Assembly: GCF_018350175.1 (NCBI RefSeq)
Contig: NC_058376.1
Location: forward strand, 70,494,001 to 70,558,000
Source of the DNA: Felis catus
Lineage: Eukaryota
Direction: 5' to 3'
Length of the DNA: 64,000 nt
This document shows positions 1 to 12,639 of the stretch, in pieces (positions within the stretch are counted from its first letter, which is position 1; every line of letters starts with the position of its first letter). The translations under genes and the position numbers were made by a program. The notes under the pieces are model-generated. The model was not told where the DNA came from, did no database searches, and saw only the letters and a program-made list of their open reading frames with translations.

Positions 1-160
1 TTTTAGCCACTCTGACTCAGTGTGGCTTTGATTTATATTTCCCTGACGATGAGTGACTTGATGGGGGGGGGAGGGGAAGTGGGTGATGGGCATGGAGGAG
101 GGTACTTGTTGGGATGAGCACTGGGTGTTGTATGTAAGCCAATCTGACAATAAATTATAT

Positions 161-209
<49 letters not shown>

Positions 210-222
210 GTAAATAAATATT
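1..222. mobile_element. Felid L1 3' end with 5' inversion (1-58 minus-strand ORF2 piece; 59-222 plus-strand 3'UTR and (AAAT)n tail)
   Basis: 1-58 minus encodes SLIVREI.IK..., typical of the L1 ORF2 C-terminal region. 59-160 matches the L1 3'UTR also seen at 26310-26420 (GGGATGAGCACTGGGTGTTGTATG). Confidence 0.85.
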
Positions 223-822
223 AAACCATCTCTGAAAATGCACTCCATATCTTTATCAGAATAAATAAACACATAGTTTTAGTTAACCTGTACAAACCAA
301 GAATGTGCATTGCTATAGTCCACAAAGGATCATGTTTCAAGTCCATATGGTATTTTATTAAGTTGATAATATAATTCTTTTAACCACTTTCCAAACGTTG
401 CACATTTATTTCTAATTTGCTACTAGCACAAACCATGCAGCTATGACCATCTTGAACACATTTTATGGTTTATTGTTTGATTTTGAGTTGTTTCCTTGAT
501 ATGCAATTCCCCCAAACAGATTTACAAAGTTAGGGCAATGAAATAGTTTTATATTTCTTGTTATATCATGAAAGATAATTCTCCAGAGAGAATTAACCAA
601 AGATGTTATGTCAACTATACTTCAAAAACAAAAATTTAAAAAGAAGAAGGAGGAGGAGGAGGAGAATGAACCAGAGGGACTTTCAGCGATGGCAATGTGA
701 AGTGGTCAGTGAATCCTCTCCACAAGAAATAAGTATAAAACTGGTCAAAATAATAAAAAAGTAATCATTCAGCTCTAGAAGTTACCAAATGGAGACAAAA
801 ATTAAGAAGTATTTATTTTTCA

Positions 823-1044
823 GGGCGCCTGGGTGGCGCAGTCGGTTAAGCGTCCGACTTCAGCCAGGTCACGATCTCGCGGTCCGGGAGTTTGAGCCCC
901 GAGTCAGGCTCTGGGCTGATGGCTCGGAGCCTGGAGCCTGTTTCCGATTCTGTGTCTCCCTCTCTCTCTGCCTCTCCCCCATTTATGCTCTGTCTCTCTC
1001 TGTCCCAAAAATAAATAAACGTTGAAAAAAAATTTAAAAAAAAA
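823..1044 (+). mobile_element. Young CanSINE (SINEC_Fc-type)
   Basis: tRNA-like head, (CT)n, AATAAA and poly(A). Perfect 19-bp TSD AAGAAGTATTTATTTTTCA (804-822 / 1045-1063). Confidence 0.96.
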
Positions 1045-1773
1045 AAGAAGTATTTATTTTTCAAAAACTGATGGAGCTAGGGTCTGAACAGTGAGAGCCT
1101 ATGGCCTGATCTCCCATCCTCATTCCCGTTCTTACCAGCATGGAGCTGGTCAGAAACCAGCAGTTTCACTGCCAGAGGGGGCAGACTTGTGAGTTGTGCC
1201 TTTATAAGCTAAACATGGTGAGTATAGTAGAAAACTGAAAAGGAAAAGTCCTCAGTTTTGCTAGCCTGAGGTTGCAGACCCAGCTAGGGCAAGCAGTGGA
1301 CCATCAGAAACTTAATGGGAAGATCTAGAAATGAGAGAGTCACAGAAAGACTATGGAAGGACTATATCTCCCCACATTTCCCTGGATGACTGAAAAACTA
1401 TGCTCCTGCCTGGGGAAGCCAAACTGAGACTGGCAAAACCAGGAAAAACTGGAAAACTAGCTGCAACTTTGACTGCTTCCCAACCTATACACAGATCCAC
1501 TGGCAAAGGGTGGAGCCTTATGGGCCACGTAGGCACAAGGGCAAACTCCTTAGAAGCCAGGCCAAAAGTTAAAAATAAGAATAAAAAACTGAGTAGAGAC
1601 ATCAGAATCCACAACCACAGAGGAGACAGATTCCAAAGTTCAAATCCAGGAAATTTACTAAAACAAACAAAAACATGGAAACATATATCAGAATCAGGAG
1701 TTGCCACACTATATTATCTAAATTGTCTGGTTTTCAACCCAAAATTACAAGACATGCAAAGAAACAGGAAACT

Positions 1774-1982
1774 GGGGCACCTGGGGGGCTCAGTCGATTA
1801 GGTGTCTGACTCTTGGTTTCAGCTCAGGTCATGATCTCATGGTTTCGTAGGTTCGAGCCCCACATCGGGCTCCCAGCTGACAGTCCGGAGCCTGCTTGGG
1901 ATTCTCTGTATCCCTCTCTCTGCCCCTCCCCCCACTTGCACTGTCTCTATCTCTCTCAAAATAAATAAACTTAAAAAATATA
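1774..1982 (+). mobile_element. CanSINE (older subfamily)
   Basis: SINE head and tail; TSD AAACAGGAAACT. Confidence 0.92.
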
Positions 1983-2726
1983 AAAACAGGAAACTGACCC
2001 ATGCTCGGGAAAAAAAAGCAATCAAAAGAAACTGACTCTGAGTGGGCCTGCACTGAGTTTAGCAGACAAAGACTTCAAAGCACTAGTATAATAAATATGT
2101 TCAAAGAATTAAATAAAAATACAATGTCAGTGACTTAAGAGAAATATGATGGCAATGACTTTCAAAATAGGGAATATCAACAAAAACATACAAACATTAC
2201 AAAAATGAAAATTCTATAGTTAAAATGTACAATAACAGAAATAAAAAATTTACTCTATGGGCTCAACAGCAGATTTGAGATGGCAGAAGAAAGTATCAGT
2301 GAACATGAAGATAGATCAGTAGAAATTATCCAAACTGAAGAACAGAGAGGAAAAGGTAGAACAAAAAGAATAGAGCCTCAGAAACCAGGGGGGGGGGGAG
2401 GGGGAATGTAAAGTATACTAATTAATGTGTAGTGGGAGTCCCATAGAGATGGGAGAGAAAGAGAAGAGCAGAAAAAATATTTGAAGAAATAAAGGCTCCC
2501 AAATTTGATGAAAAACTTTAATCAACAGATCTAGAAGGAATAAATCCACTGGAATTGCTTTCAGCAATGTGTTCATATACCTGATAACCACAGACCTATT
2601 TTATTTAATTTTTTGATGGCTTAATAGATGTGCAATGATATTTTGAAGGTGGTTTAATTTGTATTTATTGAATTAATACGATGGCCTAGTTTATAACAGA
2701 CACTAACAGCTAGCAGCATATACCTT

Positions 2727-2905
2727 GTATAGTGGTTCAGAACACAAGTTCTAAAGTGAAAGGACCTGTGTTCAAATTCTGGCTGTCTCATATCCTGAGC
2801 AAATGTTTAACTTCTCTATGCCTCTGTAAAATGACAATAACAATGCCTAAGTCTGAGCTTAGATGAGATAATCTGTTAGGTGCTTATCTCAGTGCCAAGA
2901 ACATG
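2727..2905 (+). mobile_element. MIR
   Basis: MIR core-like sequence: GTTCAAATTCTGGCT...TTAACTTCTCTATGCCTC.GTAAAATG. Confidence 0.7.
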
Positions 2906-3479
2906 GGACATGTTTGGAAAACACTGGCTATTTTTAACTACTAACAATATTTTACACTTAACAATAAAAGTTAGTTTGTTGAATGAGCAATGAATGAATC
3001 TGGGCATTGATTTTTCAAATGTAAACTGCATATTCATCTGCATGCTTCTTTTTAGTAGAATCTGGATTTTGACCTTCCTATTTTTAAAAATAATATGCAT
3101 TGGAAGGTATGCTTTTATCGGCCGTGCTTGTCAGAATAATTGTTTCCTTCTGTGACACTGTGTTGTACAAATGTTTTTTATTTCTATTTAATCAGATCCT
3201 TTTTGTCTTTGATGATAGTCTTCAATAGTCAGAAATATCTCTCTTGCACAGCTGTTATAAATAAGGAATTCATGGCTATATAAGGTAAAGAATACAGCCC
3301 AAGTTAATCTTTTTGATCCATTTGATTTCAACAATGTTTACTCAATAGTGATTTGATTCTTATTATTGTATGACATCTGGTTTGTCACAGATTAGGTTCT
3401 TATCATAGTGTAATTCTTTCTATTCTACTTTACTGATCAATGTTTCATTTTTTGGAAGTTAATATTTGCTCAATTGTGC

Positions 3480-4290
3480 ATCAATTTAGCCTTTACTGAG
3501 TGTTTGCAACATGCTGTGTACTGTGTGGGAATACTGTGATAAATATAAGGTGGAAAGACATGGCTTGTGACTAAAGGAAGCCCACAGTCTAGGGGCAAAG
3601 GAATAAAACTAATATTTCTTTTCCTCAAGACAGACAGACATGGGCCTGAAGACAAATGTGTAAAAAATTCGATATAAATGTATAAAACAATGTGTTAATT
3701 CTCTATACTGCTAGCATAAATCAAATGTTATACTTGCACAGGAGAGGAAATCAGGAAAGCCTTCTCAGAGGGAGTGTAAATGCGTATGAAAAGTTGGATG
3801 GATTTTAAACTATACGTTGGAGTTTTCCAGATGGAGAAGCGGGAGGTGAAGCAGCTGTGAAGACAGAGCAGCATATGCAAAGGCGGGAAGGGATGAAGAA
3901 CAAGATGTGTTTAGGGCATTCATTTAGGTCTAACTGGAACATACAGAGTATGGGCCGTCATGAGGAAAATGGCCAAAAAGGTAGTACAGAGCAGGATTGT
4001 AAAGAACCTTGCAAATCCCACCAAGGATCTTGGACTTTAGATGGAAGAGATTTGATTCTAGTGAAGGTTTTTAAGTAAGAGAGACATGATAAGAGTTTTA
4101 TTTTAGAAAATCATTCAGTGGACAATGGGAAGGAGAAACAGGATGTGGGAGAATCTGGAGGCAGGACACTGGTTTGCAGACTTAACAAGAGTCTGGGTAC
4201 TGTATAGGAAGGGTCTGCACAAAGGTACAGGCAGCAAGGATGAAGGACAGGGAGTGGTCAACAGCTATGACATTTCTATGATTGGGCAAC
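3480..4290 (-). mobile_element. L2 relic
   Basis: TTTACTGAGTGTTTG...TGCTGTGTACTGTG 3' end followed by a purine-rich L2 body. Confidence 0.65.
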
Positions 4291-4334
4291 TGGGCAGCAA
4301 GCACTTCGTTGACTAAAGATTGCAAACTGACTGC

Positions 4335-6680
4335 ACATCTCTCCTGGAAACCCACTGAGAAAACAGAAAAGGAATTAGATAGGCATAAACCCACAAGCAT
4401 AAGGAGAATGAGGGAGGAAAGATAAAAACAGATCTTGGAAGATGGAAAGGTGACAGGGGAATGGTAACAGAGTGAGCAGAGCAGAGAAGGATGAATTCTA
4501 GGCCCTACAGACAGGGTACCAGCAAGGAGCAGCCCAATGCACCCTGGCAGGCCCCAGCAAAGTTCAAGACTAGGCAGTGCCATGTCCCTGGGAAGTGGTA
4601 AGGTAAAGGCATTTGGTTCCAAGACTGTATCTGAAATAGCTGGAAATCAAGATCCTTTCTTCTCCCCACACAGCTAGGTAATAACTCCTTTGCCTGACCC
4701 CTTTCCTCTGAAGAAATAAAACCAGTGAGTGCCTGGACTTGGGACACCAGGCACAGCAAGAATGGGTAAATGGAGCTAGAAACTGGGGAATTGAATTTAA
4801 GTCTGTGTCCTAAACAATGAGACACCGTAACTCCCCTACTTCCCCCTGCTCCCTGAATGCATGCAGCCATCTGGGTAAGACAAGAGATTAAAGGATTCTC
4901 CTCTGGAGGAACTAAAGAGTCCAGAGGTTTTGAAAACCTCTAGATAGTCACTTTTTGGGATCTTCCTGTGCAAAAGCTAGCCTACAACCTAATCATTATA
5001 TAGTGAGGTGCCCTAATCAACAGGCCCTAACCAGTATACAGATCTTCTAAACAACTTTTTAGTACTTCACTTCTAAGTAGGAAAAGAAATCAAAAGTTCA
5101 ACAGACATTTTAGTAAAGCCTCTGAGAGAGAGAGCGAGAGAGAGAGAGAACGACCAAGCCAGAGAAAAAGATCTAGAGAACACAAGTCAGTAAAAAGAAC
5201 AGAAAAAGACTTTAAAGGGAGAATAAGTAATATTACCAGAGAGATACGATAAGCCATTGTATCCATAAAACAAGAATGAGATGACGTTCAAATAACAAAA
5301 AAAAGGATAAGGAAAAATTGGGTTAAACCAAAAGCTCTTAGAAATTAAAACCATGATAATTGTGGCACTGACTGATTGTCATTACCCAATCTCCCCCTTC
5401 TTTCTTAGGAAAAAATCCACACCATTTCATATGAAGCAGCAAAATGATCAGGTAAAAATATATTTCCTAGCCTTCCCTCTGAGAGTAGCTGGAAAGGCTA
5501 GCAAATTAAGTTCAAGGCTATACAGCTAGGAACAACACTCAACATTGTATGTCAGAGCAGTCTAGGAGGAGACACTCCTGCAGCAGGCACCAAGGTCTAG
5601 ATGCTGAATCCTGCCCACTGACTCTGAAAGCGCTGGACACTGGAGCCAGGAATGCAGCCATCCTGCTGCTACCATAAGGCTTTTAGAGTTCCTAGAAGTC
5701 ACCACTTCTTCAGGTTTCCAGTTCCCAGTTCCAGGTATAAGGAGGGCTCATCTGATTGGCAGAGCCTCAGCCTCATGCCTGAACTCTTGGATATAGGAGA
5801 GGCTGGAAAACTGTGTATCTGACATCTTCAGTTTTGAGCGTGAAAGGCTTGCTTTTCCTCTCACCAAGACTTGTAACACCAGAAATTCTTCAAACATAGG
5901 GAGGTCATTCAACACTGGGTAGGCAAAAAAAAAAAAAAAATTCCACTGTAATATTGTATCCAGAAAATCTTTGTTCCCTGGATCTGACATAGAGTGTGAT
6001 AAAGAGAAATTCTAGGAGTTTTATAGCAGGCTTAGAGAACAGATAGTCTAGAATGGAACAGGATGACAGCCATTAGACAAAGACAAAAAAAGAAATGAAT
6101 ATGTTAGATTTCTGAAGAATTCAAGCATTTGGAAAATAACATTAAGAGGCATTTGACATATCTGCCAGAGCATTTAGAGAAAAATGATGACAGAAAACCA
6201 GGCAAATAAAAAGTAAGGCAATTATTAACTCCAGGAAACAGAAAAAGTTGTATAAAAAAGGAAATGTAATCATAGTGTATTTAATATGGCTCAGAGTTAA
6301 GCAATATTTACTTAATCATAATAATATGAATACTAGCTATTAAGTTAATCAAAACTGTGATATAAGTACACTGGGGATATTGGATGAGAAGTCAGAGTGG
6401 CATAAATGTGTTAAAACTTCATTTACCATAGAAAGTCAAATAAGGATATCTGAAACTGACATATCAAAAAATAGAAATACAAATATATTATTTAGTCACA
6501 TGAAGGTTAATAAAAGAAGCAACTTTTTGGTTGAAAGTGGGATTTTCTGGGAGTGGGACTAGGGTACAAGGGATGGTATGGAAGAGTGAGAACTACTATT
6601 TCTGATTATGTTACTTTTAAGTCTACTTGGTATATTAAACTGTATACTTATTATTTTTATAAAAATAAAATAATTCTTAA
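4335..6680 (+). mobile_element. HAL1 (half-L1) relic with internal deletion and LTR insertion
   Basis: 5' GGCATAAACCCACAAG..., ORF1-like CTCTTAGAAATTAAAACCATGATA, and 3' GTTGAAAGTGG motifs recalled from HAL1. Confidence 0.6.
5362..5925. mobile_element. MLT1 (ERVL-MaLR) LTR fragment(s)
   Basis: TGTGGCACTGACTG...CCCAATCTCCCCCTTCTTTCTTAG and GCATCTGATTGGCAGAGCCT motifs. Confidence 0.55.
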
Positions 6681-6849
6681 AATTTAATAATGCTCCTGTC
6701 ATTAAAAATCTCCCACCAATTCAGAGGTAAGGAAGGAAAAGCAAGTGTATGGAAGAATGTAAAGCATTTGTTTTTAGACATCTCTTTCTACATCTGTCTG
6801 TCTTCTCCTCTTTGCTCACATTTGTCTATACAGATCTCAAAAGGCAGGA

Positions 6850-7035
6850 TAATGTAAAGAAAAGTAATGAACTTCAAATACAGGCAATGGACCTGGGTGT
6901 GACATCTGGCTGTGCAAAGTATGAGCTCTGAGACTTCTCTGTGACCTCACTGGGGCCAGTGTCTTCATTTGTAAAATGGAAAAATATAATATCTATTTTA
7001 TTACATGAAATAACATATGGAAAGCACCTAGAATG
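6850..7035 (+). mobile_element. MIR
   Basis: GTGACCTC...CAGTGTCTTCATTTGTAAAATGG core. Confidence 0.6.
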
Positions 7036-7315
7036 TGGAAGACTCAAAATTATAAGTTCTTTCTTTCTCTCAGAATTTCTCATGCCCTGTAAGCCTCTCT
7101 CTCAGAATCTCCCTGTGTGTTACCATGTTTGTAGATTTGAGAGAGTAAAGCAAAGCTGTGCTCCTTTGGCCATCTTTCTTCCACCCCCTCTTGCCTGGTT
7201 TGGGAGATTTATCTTTTGTCTCTTGTCCACAGACAAAACCTCCTAAGGCAGACAGTTTGTTACATTTCCACTTCTTTTGAAAGGAAAAATTGGTCTCGTT
7301 TGTGTTGATATTGAA

Positions 7316-7546
7316 GTTTATTTATTTTGAGAGGGAGAGAGAGAGTACATGAGCGAGTGAGGGACAGACAGTGAAGGAGAGAGAGAATCCCAAGCAGGCT
7401 CCATATTCAGCATAGATCCCAACGTGGGGCTTGATCCCACAACCATGAGATCATGACTATGAGATCATGACCATGAGATCACGAGATCGTGACCTGAGCT
7501 GAAATCAAGAGTCAGACACTCAACCAACTAAGGCATGCAGGTGCCC
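7316..7546 (-). mobile_element. CanSINE with internal tandem slippage
   Basis: Reverse SINE body with repeated CATGAGATCATGAC units at 7444-7493. Confidence 0.9.
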
Positions 7547-7858
7547 TTCATGTTTATATTATATCTCAGCTGAGTTTTGAGTAAAACGAAATAATGTTCA
7601 ATTATTAGCCATGGCTCCAAGATCTACCATACAAGAGTAAACAGCAATTTCTGTTTAAAATCACTATAACAGAGTAGAGTTACAAATTCAGCTGATACTT
7701 GAATATAACTTTAAAAAATAAATATCACACAAAATTAACAAGGATTTTAAACCCAGCTATAAAGTAAACTGGCTGAGGACTTGAAAAGGAGTTTTGATAA
7801 CTGGGTAGGTGAGGTCACCCCAAATTAGGAGGCCCTAATGTGATTCCAAAGCACTCAC

Positions 7859-8504
7859 CTTCTCCACTTGGGCCAGGCTGGTAACTTGGCTCAGGGACAA
7901 GTTGTTCTCCACATGCTCCTCTAGACCAAACTCTTTCACTCCTGGCACTCTGTTTGTTCCAGTAGGCTTCCTGCCCCTCCCATGAGGCAGTAGGCAATCT
8001 GTCAGAGCCCTCAGCAGGCAAGGAAGCTGGGGATTTGAGGTCCAAAAGGAAGCTATCTTGTAAGGTTGACTTTGTGGCCTTCTTGCTTTTCCCCTTCTTA
8101 CTTTCTGGGATCCCGTCACTGTCTCCTTGCCTAGGTTGGCTATTCTCAAGCTTCCTGGTTAGCTGGAGGAGTTGATCCATGTCTTTGGTGAATTCTAGCA
8201 GAGTCCCCTCAGAGAGGCTTCGGGCAGTGCCCTCAGAGCCATAGCTGGGAGCCTTCTGCAAGAGCAGGTGCTCAGAGCAGTGGAGAGCTCCTGTGCCCTC
8301 CCCGTGCACTGACTCAGGCACCTGGGGAAGGCTGCAGGGACCCATGGACAGAGAGAAGTAAGAGTAGTCCACTGCAATGTATGTCAGCATGAAATTGATG
8401 GTGACAATGGGGGCTAGAACATTCACCTGGCCCACAAGGACAAAGGCCATGGTCACTAAGCTGGTCAGGAAGATGGCAGCTATAGGTGTTTTATTTGGCC
8501 CTTT
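7859..8504 (-). CDS. SLC12A8: SLC12A8 large coding exon (likely exon 10), 646 nt, phase 0-1: [42 protein letters not shown]...[10 protein letters not shown]
   Basis: Lies within ORF 7815-8525 and matches SLC12A8 TM9-10 plus the long hydrophilic loop. Acceptor ATTTTTCTTTCTGCAG|AAA, donor GAAG|GTGAGT. Confidence 0.97.
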
Positions 8505-8849
8505 CTGCAGAAAGAAAAATAACATGCAAGACTATGAAATTTCAGAAGAAAATCACATTATATGATAGAAACACAATTCATAATGGTTCAACCACTTGTA
8601 CCATGTTCTACCAATCAGTAAATAACTGATTGTCTATAAACTTGGGATAATAATATCCAACTCATTCCCATGGGGTTATTGTGAGAACAGAGCTAATGCA
8701 CATAAAATGCTTGACACAGCATTGACACACAGTAGGTCAATACACCATGGGTATTGGTTGTATTCAGAATTATTAATATGGAGTATGGCTATATAGAACT
8801 TGGACTTCCCAAATATTTCTCCTTTGGCTTTTATTGGGGGGTTTGGGGA

Positions 8850-9054
8850 GTTTTGTTTTGTTTTTTGTTTTGTTATTTTTTTTTTTGGAGAAAGAGAGTG
8901 AGTGGGGGAGAGGGGTAGTGGGGTGGGGGGATCTTAAGCAGACTCCACACTGAGCATGGAGTCCCTCTCCAATATGGGGCTCAATCTTATGATCATTGCC
9001 TGAGCTGAAATCAAGAGTCAGACACTCAAGTGACTGAGCTACCCAGGCAACCCT
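8850..9054 (-). mobile_element. CanSINE (old)
   Basis: T-rich tail and TGAGCTGAAATCAAGAGTCAGAC...ACCCAGGCAACCC. Confidence 0.85.
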
Positions 9055-9540
9055 CTTTGGATTTTAACATCAGTCTTAGAAATCAAAGTGGTGCCAAGTT
9101 CCCAGGCTATAATGGAGAAAATGAGCTGAAGGGAGTGGCAGACCCTGAAAGATACAACAGAATCTCTTGTGGCTGTGGTGAAGAAATTCTGAAACTAAAC
9201 CTACACATGCTCACACACACACTTATTTTATACATATCTGTTATTAATGGAGGTGGGTATGGTGACCTTCAGGAGAACAGGAGTAGAAAACATGTGCTAA
9301 CTCCATATAATTTGTCACTCCACAGAAGCTGTTCATCACACAGTCACTGACATGGTTCTTCAGCCAAAAGCACTGGACACTTCTTGGTCCCCATCTTGCT
9401 TGCCCTAAGAACTATATTTGACCCAGCTGATCACTTCCTGTTCTTTGAAAGACTTCCTTTGCCTACCTTCTCCTGACTTGCCTCCCTCATTGTCTGCTCC
9501 TTCTTAGTCTCTGTAGCTAACTCCTCTACATCTCTGAAAT

Positions 9541-9542
9541 AT

Positions 9543-9573
<31 letters not shown>

Positions 9574-9754
9574 TTTGGTTTATTTATTTGGGGAAAGAAA
9601 GCGTGAGTGGGGGAGGGGCAAGGAGAGAGAGGGAATCCCAAGGAGGCTCTGGGCTGTCAGCACAGAGCCCGATGTGGGGCTTGAACACACAAACCATGAG
9701 ATCATGACCTGAACCAAAGCTCAATGCTTAACCAAATGAGCCACCCAGGCACCT
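9541..9754 (-). mobile_element. CanSINE with (TTTA)n tail
   Basis: Reverse SINE consensus features. Confidence 0.9.
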
Positions 9755-9857
9755 CTCTCTGATATCTACATTTAAAGTAGCCCAGAGCTCTATCCTCAGA
9801 CCCTTTCTTTTCTCTATCTATACTCCCTTCCTAGGTGATTTCAACCAAAATCCTAAA

Positions 9858-10070
9858 TTTATTTATTTTTTAATTTTTTTAATTTTTATTTTTGAGAGAC
9901 AGAGTGTGAGTAGGGGAGAAGCAGAGACAGAGGGAGATACAGAATCCAAAGCAGGCTTCAGGCTCTGAGCTGTCAGCACAGAGCCCAATGTGGGGCTCGA
10001 ACCCACACACTGTGAGATCATGACCTGAGCCGAAGTCAGATGCTTAACCCACTGAGCCACCCAGGTACCC
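9858..10070 (-). mobile_element. CanSINE
   Basis: Reverse SINE; TSD AATCCTAAATTTA. Confidence 0.93.
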
Positions 10071-10399
10071 AGAATCCTAAATTTAAATACTAGCTTTGTG
10101 CTCTTAACTCCCATATTTGAATCTCCAGCCTGAAATGTCCCCCTGCAATCCAGACTTAAATATTCAACTGTCTACTCAACATTTCCAGTTGATGTCTAAA
10201 AGGATCTCAAATGTCCCAAACCAAAGTGCCGACCCCCTAATCTCCCACCATCAAATCTACTCCTTTTGTAGTCTCTGTCTCAGAAAACAGCTGCTCAATC
10301 CAGCAAAATTCTTCATGTCTCTTCTCATTCTCTCATTCTGTCAGCTTCACCCTCAGATATACACAGGATCTATACACTGGTCCCACCTCCTTTACAGCC

Positions 10400-10720
10400 A
10401 GCAGTCTGCAAGGGGAGGGGCAGACACATAAGCCATTTCCAGACCTGACCTGTGAACCTCCCACATGTGTTCTTTCAGGTGCATTTCCCTTTTCTGACGG
10501 TCAGAATAGAGTGCAGCCTTCGAAGTCACAGGATGAAGACAGCAAAGTCATCAGCCTGAATCTCAGAGGGCCAAAGCCCCTGTTGACCTGAAACACCTGC
10601 CCAAGAGCTTTAGTGTAAAATTCTGGGGGGAAAAATAAGAAGTAAAAGTATGCTTTTACTGTCTTTGACAATTACATTTTTGGGTAAATTTGCTACAGCT
10701 ATTTAGCATACTCTAACAAT
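10400..10720 (+). mobile_element. MLT1-type LTR fragment
   Basis: 3' end TTTGGGTAAATTTGCTACAGC..TAGCATACTCTAACA resembles MLT1 termini. Confidence 0.5.
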
Positions 10721-11614
10721 AAAACTACTAAGAATAAAGTAAGTACTTAGAAACTAAAGAGAATGTAAAAGGAGGGTGCTAGGTGGGCTGAAGGAAATGC
10801 TAATGGTCCAGGCCAAGATTTTGATGAGGGCAGGTTGTAAAGTGTTTTAAGGGTGGAATATGAACTTCTCCTACCAAAAGACACCATAAAGAAATGAAAA
10901 AAAAAAAAAAAAGCCACAGAATGGGAAAAGATATTTGTAACACATTTAACTGATGAAGAGCAATCCAAAATATCAAAGAATCTTTACAAAATAATTAGAA
11001 GTCAGACAACCCACTAAAAAAGGAAGTGAGCAAAAGAATGTCTATTAAGCATAGGAAAGGTACCCAACTTCATTAAGTAATCAAGGAAATGCAAATTGAA
11101 ACCATAGGAAGATCCCATTAAACACCCACCAGATTGGCAAGAACTAAAAAGTCTGATAGTGTCAAGCATTGGCACAAACACAGAGGGATAGGAACGCTTA
11201 TCCGCTGCTGATAGGGGTCAATTAGTACAAGTACTTTGGGAAAAGAGTTTGTTGTCTAGTAAGTGAAAATAGACATACCTTATAGCTTAGCAATTCCAAT
11301 AACGGGTATATAGTCTGGAAGACCTTTACAGTGAACCTTTCTACTAATATAAGAATGTTTATTGTACTGTCTGTAACAGTCCCAAATTGGAAACAACCCA
11401 AATGTCCATCAACAGCAGAATGGATAAATAAATTCTAGCAAGTGAGGAAATGCTATATAGGGATGATAATAAACAAGCTGCTGCTTCAAGCAAAAATGTA
11501 GACAAATCTCGTAAACATAATGTTGAGGGAAAGAGGCATGCCACATTTATACAAAGTTTAAAAACAGGCAAAATTAAACAATTTTGTTTAGAGATGCATA
11601 TGTAGGAAGCAAAC

Positions 11615-11959
11615 CAGGGGTCAGCAAACTATGGCTCATGGGCCATCTGGCCACCATCTGTTTATGTATGCCCATGAGCTAAGAACGGTTTTACACTTTT
11701 AAACAGTTGGGGGAAAAAAAATCAAAAGAAGAGGAAGATTTCATGACACACAAAAATTACATGAAATTCGAATTTCAGTGTCCATAAAAAAGTTTGACTA
11801 GAAAACAGCTACACCTATCCCCCAATAGACATGTCTGTGTCTGTGGCTACTTTTGAGCTACAATTGCAGAGTTGAGTAGTTGTGACAGAGGCCATAGGGC
11901 CTGCAAAGTCTAAAGTATTTACTATTTGGCCCTTCTCAGAAGAAGTTTGCTGACTCCTG
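11615..11959 (+). mobile_element. MER58B-like hAT-Charlie MITE
   Basis: 16-bp terminal inverted repeats CAGGGGTCAGCAAACT / AGTTTGCTGACTCCTG; 345 bp long. Confidence 0.88.
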
Positions 11960-12092
11960 AGTAAAGCCTTGAAGAAAGCAAGGAAATTATTATCACAGAA
12001 GACTACAGGTTCAGAGAGGGATGGGGCTCTGACCAGAGAAGGCATGTGGAGGCTGGAACATTCATTTCAGTTATTCTTCAAAACTTCATATT

Positions 12093-12306
12093 GGGGTGCC
12101 TGGGTGGCTCAGTCAGTTAAGTGTCCAACTTCAGCTCAGGTCATAATCTCATGGTTCATGGGTTGAAGCCCCAAGTCGGGCTCTGTGCTGACAGCTCAGA
12201 GCTTGGAGCCTGCTTCAGATTCTGTGTCTCTGTCTCTCTCTGCCCTTCCACCACTTGCACTCTGTCTCTCTCAAAAATAAACATACAAAATTAAAAAAAA
12301 AAAAAA
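12093..12306 (+). mobile_element. CanSINE
   Basis: SINE consensus with poly(A). Confidence 0.93.
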
Positions 12307-12639
12307 CCTGTTCATATTGGTTTTATGCTCTTTTCTATATGTTGAATAGCTCTCAAAATTTTTTTAAAGTTTATTCTCTCCCCCATTAAAAAAGAAAATG
12401 TGCTAATAAAATTTAATCATATGTAAAGAAGCTTTGGGGAGAAAAAAACTTGAAAGTTAAAAAGCAAGTGACAAACTAGAGAAAACATTTGTAATATATA
12501 TCACAAGGAGTTAACTTCCCCAACAAAAGAAGAGCTTCTAGCAATTGAGAAGAAAAAGACCAACAATCACAGGATATATATATGACTCTAAGAGGAAACG
12601 ATCTCCAACCTCATTCATATAAGAGTAGTGCAAATCACA

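Larger units (their letters stand above)
680..2545 (+). mobile_element. Old L1M 5'UTR and degenerate ORF1, interrupted by two SINEs
   Basis: A-rich ORF1-like sequence (GGGCTCAACAGCAGATTTGAGATGGCAGAAGAAAG; AAAAAATATTTGAAGAAATAA). No intact ORF. Confidence 0.75.
9350..10400 (+). mobile_element. L2 relic interrupted by two SINEs
   Basis: Pyrimidine-rich L2 ORF2-like sequence (TCTCCAGCCTGAAATGTCCCCC..ATCCAGACT..ATATTCAACTGTCTACTCAACATTTCCA). Confidence 0.7.

Noticed and set aside
823-910. tRNA genes
   Set aside because: The A/B boxes belong to tRNA-derived SINE heads; there is no complete cloverleaf.
789-1064. Recurrent 60-110 aa ORFs of type APGWRSRLSVRLQPGHDL... / FWDRERQSMNGGGAERE... (also at 31375, 32742, 40445, 57169, 58056, 60056)
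   Set aside because: These are translations of CanSINE sequence, not a gene family.
1-7858. Next SLC12A8 exon (DFFLKSRLQEQD...)
   Set aside because: No matching sequence found by eye; it is presumably beyond the left edge.
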